DNA of 64,000 nt from Patescibacteria group bacterium (GCA_043817315.1 JBDRGY010000016.1:4863-68862); one strand, 5' to 3'; shown: positions 27,383 to 37,022, numbered from the stretch's first letter. Notes: generated by a model not told the origin, from the letters alone. Numbers and translations: made by a program.

Positions 27383-27715
27383 CTATTCAGAAGGAGGTTC
27401 TACCAGGTCAAGCCCACAGATGTGACCACACAGCTCATGGGAAAAACCTGGGACTGGAACACTCTGCCGGCCGGGAATCACCACGAAGGTGCGTTCCTCT
27501 TGGCTGGAACCGAAACCATGCTGGGCTGAATGAGCGATTCTGTCTCGAGTTGTCTGATCGGCGGTGAAACCACCACCCTCTATCCAACCGTGCAACTTCC
27601 TGGCCTGGAAAGCGCCGGCATCCTGAGAAAAGGTAACAGCGATCCCTCTGTCATTCCTCATGGCCTCTCTGAGGGTTTGCTGCACCTCAACTCGGCCAAA
27701 GAACCTCTGGGGCAT
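27383..27715 (-). CDS. Small hypothetical protein with HExxH zinc-metallopeptidase-like motif
   Basis: 110 aa. FSHELCGHICGLD near the C-terminus. GC-rich. Confidence 0.3.
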   Translation of the reverse strand: MPQRFFGRVEVQQTLREAMRNDRGIAVTFSQDAGAFQARKLHGWIEGGGFTADQTTRDRIAHSAQHGFGSSQEERTFVVIPGRQSVPVPGFSHELCGHICGLDLVEPPSE

Positions 27716-27826
27716 AGACTACCTCCTTTTGGAGAAGAACTGTGACTTCAAGGAACAGATAGTAAAAAAATGATAACAAGGATATGGCCGACTGTCAATA
27801 ATATATAACCAAGTTATTCTACTCTG

Positions 27827-27899
27827 CTCCCCCGGGTGGTCTCGAACCACCACTCTTCGCATTAACAGTGCGATGTTTTACCAATTAAACTACAGGGGA
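27827..27899 (-). tRNA. tRNA-Asn (anticodon GUU), copy 1 (AT-rich, host-like)
   Basis: tcccctg-ta-gttt-aattggta-aaac...tcgca-ctGTTaa-tgcga...ggtgg-ttcgaga-ccacc-cggggga-g. Layout matches bacterial tRNA-Asn. Confidence 0.8.
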
Positions 27900-28059
27900 G
27901 CAGAAAAGAATAATCAAAAAACCAGTCGCTTACGACTGGCCAGTCAATCCAAACAAAACTAGGCCAGTCAGAACTGGTTGTTGTTATTGTTTAGTTGAAC
28001 TATTACTATCTTCATATTCTAAGTTTAGCGCATTATGGAGAAATTGTCAACTGATCATA

Positions 28060-28848
28060 TTAAAGAGCGGCCTCTTTTAGAGACTGGCTACATTGGCATT
28101 TTGCTTGTTCTGGAAAGTTTTCTATCATCTGTAAAATTAGTTTCTTCAGTTTCTGGTCATTTTTCTTGAAAGTTTTAATGATTGTTTGGGTGGTTGAAGG
28201 CTTGATGCCTTTTACTCCAACTAATCCTGAGTCGTAGTCGGTGATTAGAGAAATATTGAGATAACACATCTGCAGTTCTCTGGCTAAAGCCACTTCTGGA
28301 TATTGAGTCATATTAATAATATCCGCCATGGTGGCGTAATGTTTTGATTCCGCCCTGGTGGCAAAACGAGGCCCTTCAATTACTAAAACCGTTCCTTTGG
28401 GATGATGGACAATCTTTGTTTTCTGACAGCTTTTTATAGCCAGCTTTCTTAAAGCCGGACAATAGCTTTCAGCCACTGAGATATGAACCACTTTGGGTCC
28501 GTCAAAAAAGGTGTCGTTGCCCGCTTTGGTTTTATCAATAAACTGATCACAAATCACCATATGACCGGGCTTAATTTCGGGCTTGAGGGATCCTGCGGCA
28601 CTAGGCGAGATAATTTTCCTAAATCCTAACTTATTGAGCGCAAACAGATTGGCTTTGTAATTAATTTTATGAGGAGGATATTGGTGTTGCTTACCGTGTC
28701 TTGGTAAAAAGGCAATCTGGCTTCCTTGGTGAGTTGAGATTAATATTTTATCAGAAGGATTACCATAAGGAGTTTTGACCGTTACTTCTTTTCCTTTGAA
28801 AAATTGATAAAAACCTGATCCTCCAATTATGCCAATCTTAGTTGCCAT
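28060..28848 (-). CDS. mtnP: S-methyl-5'-thioadenosine phosphorylase / purine nucleoside phosphorylase family 2
   Basis: GIIGGSG N-terminus. Phosphate/ribose-binding region. 262 aa typical. Confidence 0.85.
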   Translation of the reverse strand: MATKIGIIGGSGFYQFFKGKEVTVKTPYGNPSDKILISTHQGSQIAFLPRHGKQHQYPPHKINYKANLFALNKLGFRKIISPSAAGSLKPEIKPGHMVICDQFIDKTKAGNDTFFDGPKVVHISVAESYCPALRKLAIKSCQKTKIVHHPKGTVLVIEGPRFATRAESKHYATMADIINMTQYPEVALARELQMCYLNISLITDYDSGLVGVKGIKPSTTQTIIKTFKKNDQKLKKLILQMIENFPEQAKCQCSQSLKEAAL

Positions 28849-28851
28849 AAA

Positions 28852-29373
28852 TCAAAATTTGATTAATGATTTGACTTGATAGTTTTTTATTTTAGCTTTA
28901 CCTCTGAGGTCTTTTAATTCAATAAAAAATAGAATGCCCACAATATCGCCTCCCATTTTTTTAACCAGATCAACTGAAGCCTTAATAGTACCGCCTGTGG
29001 CCAAAAGATCATCAACCACTAAAATCTTCTCCCCTTCTAATATTGATCTCTGGTGCATTTCGATAGTGTCGGCCGCGTACTCCAAAGAATATTTCTGGCT
29101 CAAAGTTTTATAGGGCAGCTTTCCCTTCTTCCGAACCAAGGCTAAACCGGTTTTCAGTTTGTAGGCCAGAGCTGAAGCCAATATAAAACCGCGAGCGTCA
29201 ATACCCACGATCTTGTCAATCTTTTTGTCCTGATACGGTTTGGCTAATTGATTGATTAAATATTGAAACATTTTTTGGTCTTCCAAAACCGGGGTGATAT
29301 CCCGAAACATAATGCCCGGCTGTGGCCAATTGGGAACGGTACGAATTTTCGCTTTCAGGGTAGTCAGGTTCAT
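28852..29373 (-). CDS. apt: Adenine phosphoribosyltransferase
   Basis: PRPP-binding motif VVDDLLATGGT. 173 aa. Confidence 0.88.
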   Translation of the reverse strand: MNLTTLKAKIRTVPNWPQPGIMFRDITPVLEDQKMFQYLINQLAKPYQDKKIDKIVGIDARGFILASALAYKLKTGLALVRKKGKLPYKTLSQKYSLEYAADTIEMHQRSILEGEKILVVDDLLATGGTIKASVDLVKKMGGDIVGILFFIELKDLRGKAKIKNYQVKSLIKF

Positions 29374-29477
29374 AGCATGATTATTCTAACAAAAAATGAC
29401 CGGCTTGGCGATTGACAGTTCAGCAAAATAAAAAAGCCCGCCTCGAGATAAATCTCTTGGCGGGCACTTAAGGAATC

Positions 29478-31253
29478 CTAGTTACTGGCCTGTTTCAGCT
29501 TGGTAACCCGGGCTGGCTTTTCTGTCAGCAGGCGCATTCGCTCCTGGACAGCGTCGTGGTGATTCAAGGGTTGATTCTCCTTGAAGACAGCAGCCACGGC
29601 CTCAATCAGGTTGTCGTCATGCACCCCAGTGGGCTGGCCACCAGCAGCCTTGTCTCGCTTGATAGCTAGACGGGCTGCCCGGTCGACAATCCCCTTGATC
29701 ATGGCGCCACTAACCAGATGACCTAAGGTGAAAGTCTCTGTCCGTTTTCCCTTGCTGTCATCATCTGGCAGCATCTCGATCCGGTAAAGACCATACTCCT
29801 CAGCAAATAGCCGATTGACTGCGATCTCCACCAGGCGATCAACGGTCAGGCCTTCGGCCAAGGGCAACTGCCCCAAGTAGAGTCGGAAGATAGCAGCAGC
29901 GGCTTCCCGATCGGGCCTGCCTACGTAGAGCTTGAGATCACAACGGCCGTCGCGAGTAACAGCGGGATCCAGGACATCAGGCCGATTGGTAGCCACCAAC
30001 ACTATGGCGCTACTCTCCTTCATGCCTGACATCTCAGCCAAGAACATGGGCACAATAGTATCGCGCACATCTGAGCTGACTCCCTCACCCCGCTTGGGCA
30101 GAATAGCCTCGGCTTCGTCGATGAATATCACTACAGGCAGGCCGTACCTTTTCTTGTAGTACTCGGCTCGCAGGAACAGACGGCGAATCCGGCCTTCAGC
30201 AGTTCCAACCCACTTCTCCAGGATCTCCGGACCCTTGACGTAAATGAAGCCAACCGGAATACTCCTGTCTTTGGCCAGACGAACGATCTCCGTGGCCAAA
30301 GCCTTGCCCAACATGGTCTTGCCACAACCCGGGGGACCGATTAGGGCAGCTCCGACGATCGGCTTCTGACCGTAGTGAGCATAGAGCTCTGGTTCGTCCA
30401 AGTGGCCGACTACCGCTTCCCGCAACGTCTCTTTGATCTCGTCCAGGCCAGCAATGTCTTCCCAAGTGACGTCAGTTTCATCGGTTAGAGTCAGGAAGGA
30501 TTCTTCCTCCCCCAAGCAGTCAACAATCACTGTAGCTGAGGAATCAATAATCACCCGGAAACCAACTTCGATTTCACCGGTAAACTGGCCGGCCAGGATC
30601 ATTCTGCGGGCACCATGAAAATCGATCTCACAACGGTCATCATCAACCACTCGCTGAACTGTGACGATTTCTCCGTAGTCTTCTAGACCAACAACGCCTA
30701 GGATCTGAGAAGTGCTGCGGCTCAGTTTGACCGTATCTCCGGGCTTGATCTCCAGGTCTTTCGGATATTCAACCTCCAGACGCTGGCTACTGATAGCCAC
30801 TACAACCTTTCGCTGGTTGATGGCAATCAGTTCGATCTCGCGATCTGGGTTTGTCATTTCAGCTATACCTACGCCGAAATACTCAGACGAACCATCGGCA
30901 AAGCCAACAAGGACTTCGCCATTGTCGTCAACATCTCCGAAAACATAGCCAGGCTGACCGACCAGCTGCTCATTGTGGCAGCTGGCAGTGATACGGACCA
31001 GAGTACCATAAGGCAGGTCGGTATAGTCAACTTCTACCTCAGATTCAGTCGGTTCCAGAATAGCAATAGCTACTCCGTAAGCTACTGGCTGAGAAAACAG
31101 CTGCAATACCCGACGAGCCATCTCCTGAACCTTGACTCTGGCTCTCATTCGGCCTCGTCGGCTACTGTGTCTGCCGGTCAGGATTTCTTCCTCTTCTGGA
31201 CCGGGAAAGGCGTCCATAAAATCTCTAATCGGATCATTAGAATTACCCACCAC
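29478..31253 (-). CDS. AAA+ ATPase with N-terminal tandem OB/beta-barrel-like domains (ARC/PAN/Mpa-like architecture), GC-rich
   Basis: Walker A GPPGCGKT. Walker B VIFIDEAEA. Second region of homology and sensor residues. About 280-aa non-ATPase N-terminus. GTG start with GGAGG RBS. Confidence 0.8.
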   Translation of the reverse strand: MVGNSNDPIRDFMDAFPGPEEEEILTGRHSSRRGRMRARVKVQEMARRVLQLFSQPVAYGVAIAILEPTESEVEVDYTDLPYGTLVRITASCHNEQLVGQPGYVFGDVDDNGEVLVGFADGSSEYFGVGIAEMTNPDREIELIAINQRKVVVAISSQRLEVEYPKDLEIKPGDTVKLSRSTSQILGVVGLEDYGEIVTVQRVVDDDRCEIDFHGARRMILAGQFTGEIEVGFRVIIDSSATVIVDCLGEEESFLTLTDETDVTWEDIAGLDEIKETLREAVVGHLDEPELYAHYGQKPIVGAALIGPPGCGKTMLGKALATEIVRLAKDRSIPVGFIYVKGPEILEKWVGTAEGRIRRLFLRAEYYKKRYGLPVVIFIDEAEAILPKRGEGVSSDVRDTIVPMFLAEMSGMKESSAIVLVATNRPDVLDPAVTRDGRCDLKLYVGRPDREAAAAIFRLYLGQLPLAEGLTVDRLVEIAVNRLFAEEYGLYRIEMLPDDDSKGKRTETFTLGHLVSGAMIKGIVDRAARLAIKRDKAAGGQPTGVHDDNLIEAVAAVFKENQPLNHHDAVQERMRLLTEKPARVTKLKQASN

Positions 31254-31409
31254 ATCCTCCTTGGCCTTAGGCCTGTTTATTTTCCATTCTCAAAGAACAA
31301 ATCGATTCCCCAAATTATCATAAACCAATGGTGCTGTCAAGCAGGGAGTGGGCAGGAAAAACTGAAGAAAATCTTGTTGGGTTACTAGAAACAATAGGTT
31401 AAATCGAGA

Positions 31410-31428
31410 TCAAGCCCTTAGGGCTTGA
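31410..31428. promoter_or_regulatory. Perfect 8-bp inverted repeat overlapping a TTGACA -35-like hexamer in the divergent promoter region
   Basis: TCAAGCCC-tta-GGGCTTGAca. A/T-rich -10 candidates lie 12-17 nt downstream. Confidence 0.3.
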
Positions 31429-31627
31429 CAAATCTAGATATTTATTATAAGGTAGACCATTCTATTTGGGACGAATTAGCTTCAAATAGAGGGTACTTTG
31501 ACATCTGAATAATCCAAGGAAAAAACGATAAAAACAGAAGAAAATCCCTTAGTTGGGAGGAAGGAGTTCTGATGGATTACTGCCCGTAAGCAACATTGGA
31601 AACACGCACCCGAAAGGAGAAACGAAA

Positions 31628-32281
31628 ATGGCTCCACGACGGAGTTTCAAGGATAGGTTCCTTGACATGGTCATCGAGCGAGAGGATCCGGTCACGCCGG
31701 CTGCTCCTCAGCCCAGACCTGGTTCTACTACATCCACCACACCCATGGTTGTTACACCTTCAAATCCATCAGTCAATCAGGAAATGTTGACAGCCCTGAT
31801 GGACGAGGTGCTCAGGCAGTCAGGATCTGACTACACCGCTTTTCACCAGATCTATGACTCGCTGGATGGAGTACCTGACGAAGCGACTCGCTATCGGGCC
31901 GCCTTCAAGAGTGCAAGTAAGATGGCAGGTCTGACCCGAGAACGCCTGTTGACTGCCCTGAGAAGACGCCCGGCCATCCTGGCCACTGAAATCCAGGAGA
32001 TCGAGGCTACTCTGGGACAGAAAGAGCAGGCCGAAGTCGGCAGTAAGCAATCCGAGATCCAGATGATCGACAGTCAGTTGGCTGAAGATCAGAGACGGAT
32101 CACTGAGATCCAGAGAGATATGACATCTCGCCAGACGCGCCGTACTCAGCTTATGGCCGAGAAGTCTGCGGGTGAAGCCAGCTTGGCTGCATCCAAGGCC
32201 AGAGTCGGGGCTACTGCTACTGCTGCTAAAGCCAAGATCGCAGATGAGTTGCGCAAGGTGGAAGCTTACATCACTACCTGA
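31628..32281 (+). CDS. Hypothetical coiled-coil protein with PspA-like N-terminal amphipathic helix and Pro/Thr-rich linker
   Basis: ATG at 31628 with AAGGAG RBS. N-terminus SFKDRFLDMVIEREDPV resembles the PspA/IM30 start motif (F..RF.D.V...EDP). C-terminal long helices. Confidence 0.5.
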   Translation: MAPRRSFKDRFLDMVIEREDPVTPAAPQPRPGSTTSTTPMVVTPSNPSVNQEMLTALMDEVLRQSGSDYTAFHQIYDSLDGVPDEATRYRAAFKSASKMAGLTRERLLTALRRRPAILATEIQEIEATLGQKEQAEVGSKQSEIQMIDSQLAEDQRRITEIQRDMTSRQTRRTQLMAEKSAGEASLAASKARVGATATAAKAKIADELRKVEAYITT

Positions 32282-32297
32282 AAGGGGGTAAAACCAG

Positions 32298-33359
32298 ATG
32301 GGACCTGATCTTACTAACCCGGGCGATCTTACCGCCAAGGTAAAATCGTTTTGGGAAAGACCAGAGGGTCGCCCTGGAGCTGTTATAGTGGCTCTACTTG
32401 CCGCTGCTGTCGGGGTAGGTTTTCTCAATTTCGTTCTACCTCATCTCCACCTCCTGTTCATGAACCTAACCCGCACTCTCATTTCCGGCACTACGCTGCT
32501 GGTTCTGGCCAAAATCATAACGGCCAAGCGAACCAGAGTTCTGTTCTGGAATATGCTCAAGAGTGTGTCTCGGCTGATCGCCAAGACCTACGCCGAGCTT
32601 GATCCCATTGGGATCATGAGAAACACTCTGGCAGATATGAGGGACCAGTACCGCAACCTGGATAAGCAGGCCGGTATTGTGCGTGGCGTGATGGAAACGC
32701 TGAATGAGTTGATGGAGAAAAGTGCCCGCCAGATGAAGGAATCTCTGGGTTTGCTCAAGCAGGCTCAGAAGCGCCAGATGACATCTCAGCTGGTGCTGCA
32801 AAGCCGTCGAGCGGGTCGCCGGAAGGACAACATTATTACCTTCCAGGAACTCCATCACAAGCTGGAACTGATTCTGCGAGTACTGATCAAGTACATGGAA
32901 GCAGCCAAAGTGCACATTGATGATCTTGAAGACGACATCATGGTGCAGGAACAGAAACGCAAAGGGATGCGGGCTGCTTCTTCAGCAATTCGTTCCGCCA
33001 GAAGCATCTTCGTTACCGATCAGCAGACCGAGCTTTTCAACCTGGCTACCGAAGCCTTGGCTGAAGACTACGGCCGTAAACTGGGAGAGATCAAGCATTT
33101 TGTGGAGATCTCCCAAGGCATGGTCGATGGTATCGATCTGAGAAACGGTAAGCTGGAAGAAGAGGCTCTGGAACTGCTGGAACAGTGGGAGAGCGATCCT
33201 AGCTCTTTCGCCATTCCCGGCATGGAAAAGCAGAGGCTGATTGCCGTGTCCAACGACCCCAATGAAGTCCTGGACATCGACAGTACTCAGCCCGACGTTC
33301 GCAGTATGCCAACAGCATCCGGAAGCAAAGATCAGAAGTGGGATGAGTTTCTGGAGTAG
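32298..33359 (+). CDS. Hypothetical membrane-anchored coiled-coil protein (PspA/IM30- or TelA-like, weak)
   Basis: One N-terminal TM helix then about 250 aa of heptad-like helical sequence beginning AELDPIGIMRNTLADMRDQYRNL (EDP..M...L.DM pattern). Confidence 0.45.
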   Translation: MGPDLTNPGDLTAKVKSFWERPEGRPGAVIVALLAAAVGVGFLNFVLPHLHLLFMNLTRTLISGTTLLVLAKIITAKRTRVLFWNMLKSVSRLIAKTYAELDPIGIMRNTLADMRDQYRNLDKQAGIVRGVMETLNELMEKSARQMKESLGLLKQAQKRQMTSQLVLQSRRAGRRKDNIITFQELHHKLELILRVLIKYMEAAKVHIDDLEDDIMVQEQKRKGMRAASSAIRSARSIFVTDQQTELFNLATEALAEDYGRKLGEIKHFVEISQGMVDGIDLRNGKLEEEALELLEQWESDPSSFAIPGMEKQRLIAVSNDPNEVLDIDSTQPDVRSMPTASGSKDQKWDEFLE

Positions 33360-33413
33360 TTCAGGTACCTGCAGCAAGACATTTGTTGGTTCTACTCAAA
33401 GGAGGGATCGGTT

Positions 33414-34961
33414 ATGCCTCGACTCACCAGAGGTGCTGGGAATTTCCTGTTGGTTATCGCCGTTCTGGCGATAGTCGCAGGTGGATACACGGCAGTTCAG
33501 AGAGGTTGGTTCGGCATCGGTACTAGCAACCAGGCAGCTCCAGCTGGTCCGGTCACGGTAGCTACCGGCGAGACCATTGACCCCATCAATGTCCACGTGG
33601 TCACTTGGTGGGGTTGCGCCGGCGGCGTTCTGGCCAATAACGGATTTTCTCCAAACGAAGACTGCGACTACTACCGTAAGCATAACATTCTGGTCAAGTT
33701 CAACCTGATAGATGTGTTGCCAAACTCATGGGATGCTTGGAAAACCGGAGAAATTGATATTCTCGCCTACACGGCAGAATCTCTGGCTCCGCTTCTCCCT
33801 ATCCTGTGGGACTATGACCCGGTGGTATTCTTCAGTGAAGACAGGTCTCAGGGTGGCGATGTCATTCTGGCCCGCGAAGGCATCAATTCAATGGTTGACC
33901 TTCGTGGCCGTCAGGTAGTTTACTGCCAGGATGCTCCTTCCCAGAGTGTGCTTCTGCATGCTCTGGACGCCGCCAACATGACTCTGGACGACATCATCCC
34001 CATTACGACCGATGATGTCATTCTGGCAGGCAACATGTTTGAAGCCGATCCGGAGATTGCGGCCGCCGCAGTCTGGAGTCCGGAAGATGCCAGAATCATG
34101 GCTGCTGATCCGCGTGTTCATGTCTTGTTCAGTACTAAGGACGCGGATCACATCATCTTCGATGTCATGCTGGTTAAGCGAGACTGGTACGAGGCCAATT
34201 TCGATGAGGTAGTGGCCTTCCTGGAAGGCTGGTTCGGAGGTGTAGCTAGGATCTACAACAACCCAGCCGACAAAAGAAAGGCACTGCAGCTAATGGCTGA
34301 CGGCACAGGCCTCGGCGTAGATTTCTTCAAGGATACGGCTGACGGTTTTCACCTCAATACCTACGGGGATAACGTCAATATCTTCAACCTCAATGGTAAC
34401 TACCAGGGTGTGACCGCCAAGGACGTCTACGAAGAAACCGCTGCACTGTACCAGAGAATTGATCGAGTTGGAAACGATCTTCCCCTCTGGCGCAGAATCT
34501 CTGACACCAAGGCACTCCGTGCTCTTAGTCACCTACGTGGACCTGGCTACGATGCGACAGAAGTATCTCGTTTCTCAAAAGCCGGTCCAGAGAAAAGAAC
34601 TGAGAGAGAGATCACCAGTAAGCCGGTAACTGTCAACTTCGGCTTCGATTCAAATGAGTTGGACGCCAACGCTCGAAACATCATCGATGCCGAATTTGGC
34701 GACCAGGCCCAGATGTTCGGCAACATGTACATCAGAATCGTCGGCAATACCGACAGTGTCGGTGACTACCAGTACAACGTCAGGTTGTCTGAGCAGAGAG
34801 CTCAGGCGGTAGCTGACTATCTGGCTGCCCGTTACCACATTGACCGGTACCGTTTCATTATCATCGGTAACGGACCCAACAACCCGGTGGCCAACAACAA
34901 CACCGATGCTGGCAAAACCAGGAATCGGCGTACTGATTTCGAACTGGTCCGGAGGGACTAG
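33414..34961 (+). CDS. Fusion protein: TM anchor + NMT1/SsuA-like ABC substrate-binding domain + C-terminal OmpA-like peptidoglycan-binding domain
   Basis: N-terminal hydrophobic helix. About 330-aa periplasmic-binding-protein-like region. C-terminal NTDSVGDYQYNVRLSEQRAQAVADYL...RRTDFELV OmpA_C signature. Confidence 0.7.
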   Translation: MPRLTRGAGNFLLVIAVLAIVAGGYTAVQRGWFGIGTSNQAAPAGPVTVATGETIDPINVHVVTWWGCAGGVLANNGFSPNEDCDYYRKHNILVKFNLIDVLPNSWDAWKTGEIDILAYTAESLAPLLPILWDYDPVVFFSEDRSQGGDVILAREGINSMVDLRGRQVVYCQDAPSQSVLLHALDAANMTLDDIIPITTDDVILAGNMFEADPEIAAAAVWSPEDARIMAADPRVHVLFSTKDADHIIFDVMLVKRDWYEANFDEVVAFLEGWFGGVARIYNNPADKRKALQLMADGTGLGVDFFKDTADGFHLNTYGDNVNIFNLNGNYQGVTAKDVYEETAALYQRIDRVGNDLPLWRRISDTKALRALSHLRGPGYDATEVSRFSKAGPEKRTEREITSKPVTVNFGFDSNELDANARNIIDAEFGDQAQMFGNMYIRIVGNTDSVGDYQYNVRLSEQRAQAVADYLAARYHIDRYRFIIIGNGPNNPVANNNTDAGKTRNRRTDFELVRRD

Positions 34962-35041
34962 GTAGGAAATGTTCATTGGGGCAGGCGTCTTCTATCGTCT
35001 GCCCCTGTTTTTTCCTTTCTAGCTAACCAAGAGGGGGAAAG

Positions 35042-35827
35042 ATGCAATTGTTCGAACTGCGCGGATCCCTCCCTAACCGGACTAGGCTGATTCTGCAACT
35101 GGGAGGAATGATCTTCTTTATTACCCTGTGGTGGGCTGTAGTTCAGTATTTTGAGATCAAACCCAGCCTGCTGCCCTCACCAGAAAAGGTGTTGCTGGCT
35201 TTCAAACCACTTTACTTCGAAAGCAACATCCTCTACCACTCCTCTATCTCTATCAAGCTCAATGTCTTGGGCTATCTGGAAGCTGTGGCCATTGCCATAC
35301 CGCTAGGATTTTTAATCGGTTTGTTCCCTTTCTTTCGGGGACTGCTGATGCGATATGTCATTGTCCTGCGCTACTTGCCCCTGACAGCACTCTTGGGCTT
35401 GATGATTCTCTGGTTCGGGATTGGGATCAATATGAAGGTCCAGTTCCTGGCTCTGGGTATCCTGGTCTATCTACTACCGGTAGTAGTCCAGCGAATAGAC
35501 GAGGTCAAAAAGATCTACGTCTACACCGCCCAGACTCTAGGCGCCAGTAAATGGCAGATCATCAAAGCTGTCTTTATCCCCGATGTCATTTCTAGGGTAT
35601 TTGACGACATCCGGGTGCTGGTAGCCATCTCCTGGACTTACATCATCATCACCGAGGTTATAAACCGTAACCAGGGTGGTGTCGGGGCTGTCATCTACGG
35701 AGCCCAGCGTCGCGGTAAGTTGGATGAGGCTTTTGCTGGCCTAATAGTCATCATCCTGATCGGCTTTCTGCAAGATCGGTTGATGGTATTCTTTGACCGT
35801 CGGTTCTTCCGGCACAAATACGTCTAG
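35042..35827 (+). CDS. ABC transporter permease (NitT/TauT/SsuC family)
   Basis: 6 TM. Binding-protein-dependent transport inner-membrane component pattern. Confidence 0.8.
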   Translation: MQLFELRGSLPNRTRLILQLGGMIFFITLWWAVVQYFEIKPSLLPSPEKVLLAFKPLYFESNILYHSSISIKLNVLGYLEAVAIAIPLGFLIGLFPFFRGLLMRYVIVLRYLPLTALLGLMILWFGIGINMKVQFLALGILVYLLPVVVQRIDEVKKIYVYTAQTLGASKWQIIKAVFIPDVISRVFDDIRVLVAISWTYIIITEVINRNQGGVGAVIYGAQRRGKLDEAFAGLIVIILIGFLQDRLMVFFDRRFFRHKYV

Positions 35828-35836
35828 GGGGTGGGC

Positions 35837-36652
35837 ATGGCAGACTCAAATACGACCCGTGTCGCCTTTCCCAACACCGAGCTGCCGGATGTTATCGATC
35901 TACGTAAAATCGGGATGATCTATGACGGACGGGTGGAGGTTCTAAAAGACTTCGACCTACTAATCGAGGATAAACCCGGACAAGGTCAGTTCGTGGTCAT
36001 CCTCGGCATGTCAGGTTGTGGCAAATCCACCGTTTTGCGGATCATCGCCGGTATACAGGAACCGACAGCCGGTGAGGTGTTCATCTATGGACATCCCAGA
36101 AAGGAAGTTGAACCAACTAGTATGGTGTTCCAAAGCTTTCCCTGCTATCCCTGGGCCACCGTACTAGAAAATGTCCGCCTAGGTCTGGACTTTAAGGGAA
36201 TTCCCCGGTATGAAGGCAATGAAAAGGCCCAGGAAATGATCGAGATGGTCGGACTAGGAGGGCACGAGCGTAAGCTGCCTGCCGAACTGTCCGGTGGACA
36301 GCAACAGCGAGTGGCAATTGCCAGGAGCTTAGTCTTCAACCCCAAGCTGCTGCTGATGGATGAGCCGTTTGGCGCCCTAGATACCTACACTAGGGGGAAA
36401 ATGCAGCAGCAATTAGAAGAGCTGTGGGAAAGGCTACAATGCACAGTCATCTTTGTCACCCATGACATCCAGGAAGCGGTTTTCTTGGGAGATGACATCT
36501 ACGTGATGGAAAGGCACCCCGGCTTTATCTGTCACCACTTCCCGGTTCCGCTGGGTTTCCATCGGGATCGGTCCACCAAGCATGGTGCTGAGTTTGTTAA
36601 GTTGGTCAATGATGTCGATGACTTCATTCACGACATGGCAGCTCACGACTAG
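35837..36652 (+). CDS. ABC transporter ATP-binding protein (NitT/TauT/SsuB family)
   Basis: [36 protein letters not shown]. Alternative GTG start at 35831. Confidence 0.88.
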   Translation: MADSNTTRVAFPNTELPDVIDLRKIGMIYDGRVEVLKDFDLLIEDKPGQGQFVVILGMSGCGKSTVLRIIAGIQEPTAGEVFIYGHPRKEVEPTSMVFQSFPCYPWATVLENVRLGLDFKGIPRYEGNEKAQEMIEMVGLGGHERKLPAELSGGQQQRVAIARSLVFNPKLLLMDEPFGALDTYTRGKMQQQLEELWERLQCTVIFVTHDIQEAVFLGDDIYVMERHPGFICHHFPVPLGFHRDRSTKHGAEFVKLVNDVDDFIHDMAAHD

Positions 36653-36677
36653 TATCTCAAGGAGGAATCGTTCTTTC

Positions 36678-36714
36678 GGCAGGAGAGTCAACTGACGCTC
36701 CTGCCGATTTTTTT
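36678..36714 (+). terminator. Rho-independent terminator of the GC-rich ABC operon
   Basis: ggcaggag-agtcaactgacg-ctcctgcc followed by gattttttt. Confidence 0.6.
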
Positions 36715-36740
36715 ATATTAAAAAACCGCCCTAATGGCGA
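36707..36740 (-). terminator. Rho-independent terminator for the minus-strand tRNA-Asn cluster
   Basis: On the minus strand: atcgccattagggcgg followed by ttttttaatataaaaaaa. Confidence 0.5.
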
Positions 36741-36802
36741 TTTAATATTTGGCTCCGCCCTGCACCATTTGGTGCAAGACTCCGCTGGGCAAGTAAAATA
36801 TG

Positions 36803-36875
36803 TGGCTCCGCGAGACGCCTGCCTGCCGGCAGGCAGGGACTCGAACCAGCGACCCACTGGTTAACCCCGCATGTC
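36803..36875 (-). pseudogene. Degenerate tRNA-Asn-like copy with encoded CCA and an inserted perfect palindrome. Not foldable as a tRNA
   Basis: Minus strand: ...gggGTTAACCAGTGGGTCGcTGGTTCGAGTCC-ctgcctgccggcaggcagg-cgtcTCGCGGAGCCA. It retains the anticodon-loop-to-T-arm string and acceptor 3' strand of copy 2 but lacks a matching 5' acceptor. Confidence 0.45.
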
Positions 36876-36949
36876 CTCCTCGACTCCGCTCGGAGTCCTG
36901 CGGGACAGACAGCCAGGGAATTAATATCTTTTTACCCAAGAGCGCATTG

Positions 36950-37022
36950 CTCCGCGAGTCGGACTCGAACCGACGACCCACTGGTTAACAGCCAGTTGCT
37001 CTACCAACTGAGCTATCGCGGA
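36950..37022 (-). tRNA. tRNA-Asn (anticodon GUU), copy 2 (GC-rich, sequence distinct from copy 1)
   Basis: tccgcga-ta-gctc-agttggtag-agc...actgg-ctGTTaa-ccagt...gtcgg-ttcgagt-ccgac-tcgcgga-g. Confidence 0.8.

Noticed and set aside
27084-27745. Overlapping 71-113 aa plus-strand ORFs in the GC-rich patch
   Set aside because: High GC generates long spurious ORFs. They overlap the better-supported minus-strand genes and lack RBSs.
29932-33683. Many 60-200 aa ORFs on both strands inside the GC-rich island
   Set aside because: Typical GC-rich antisense ORFs, Arg/Ser/Pro-rich, nested within the AAA+ ATPase, coiled-coil and SBP genes that have recognisable motifs and RBSs.
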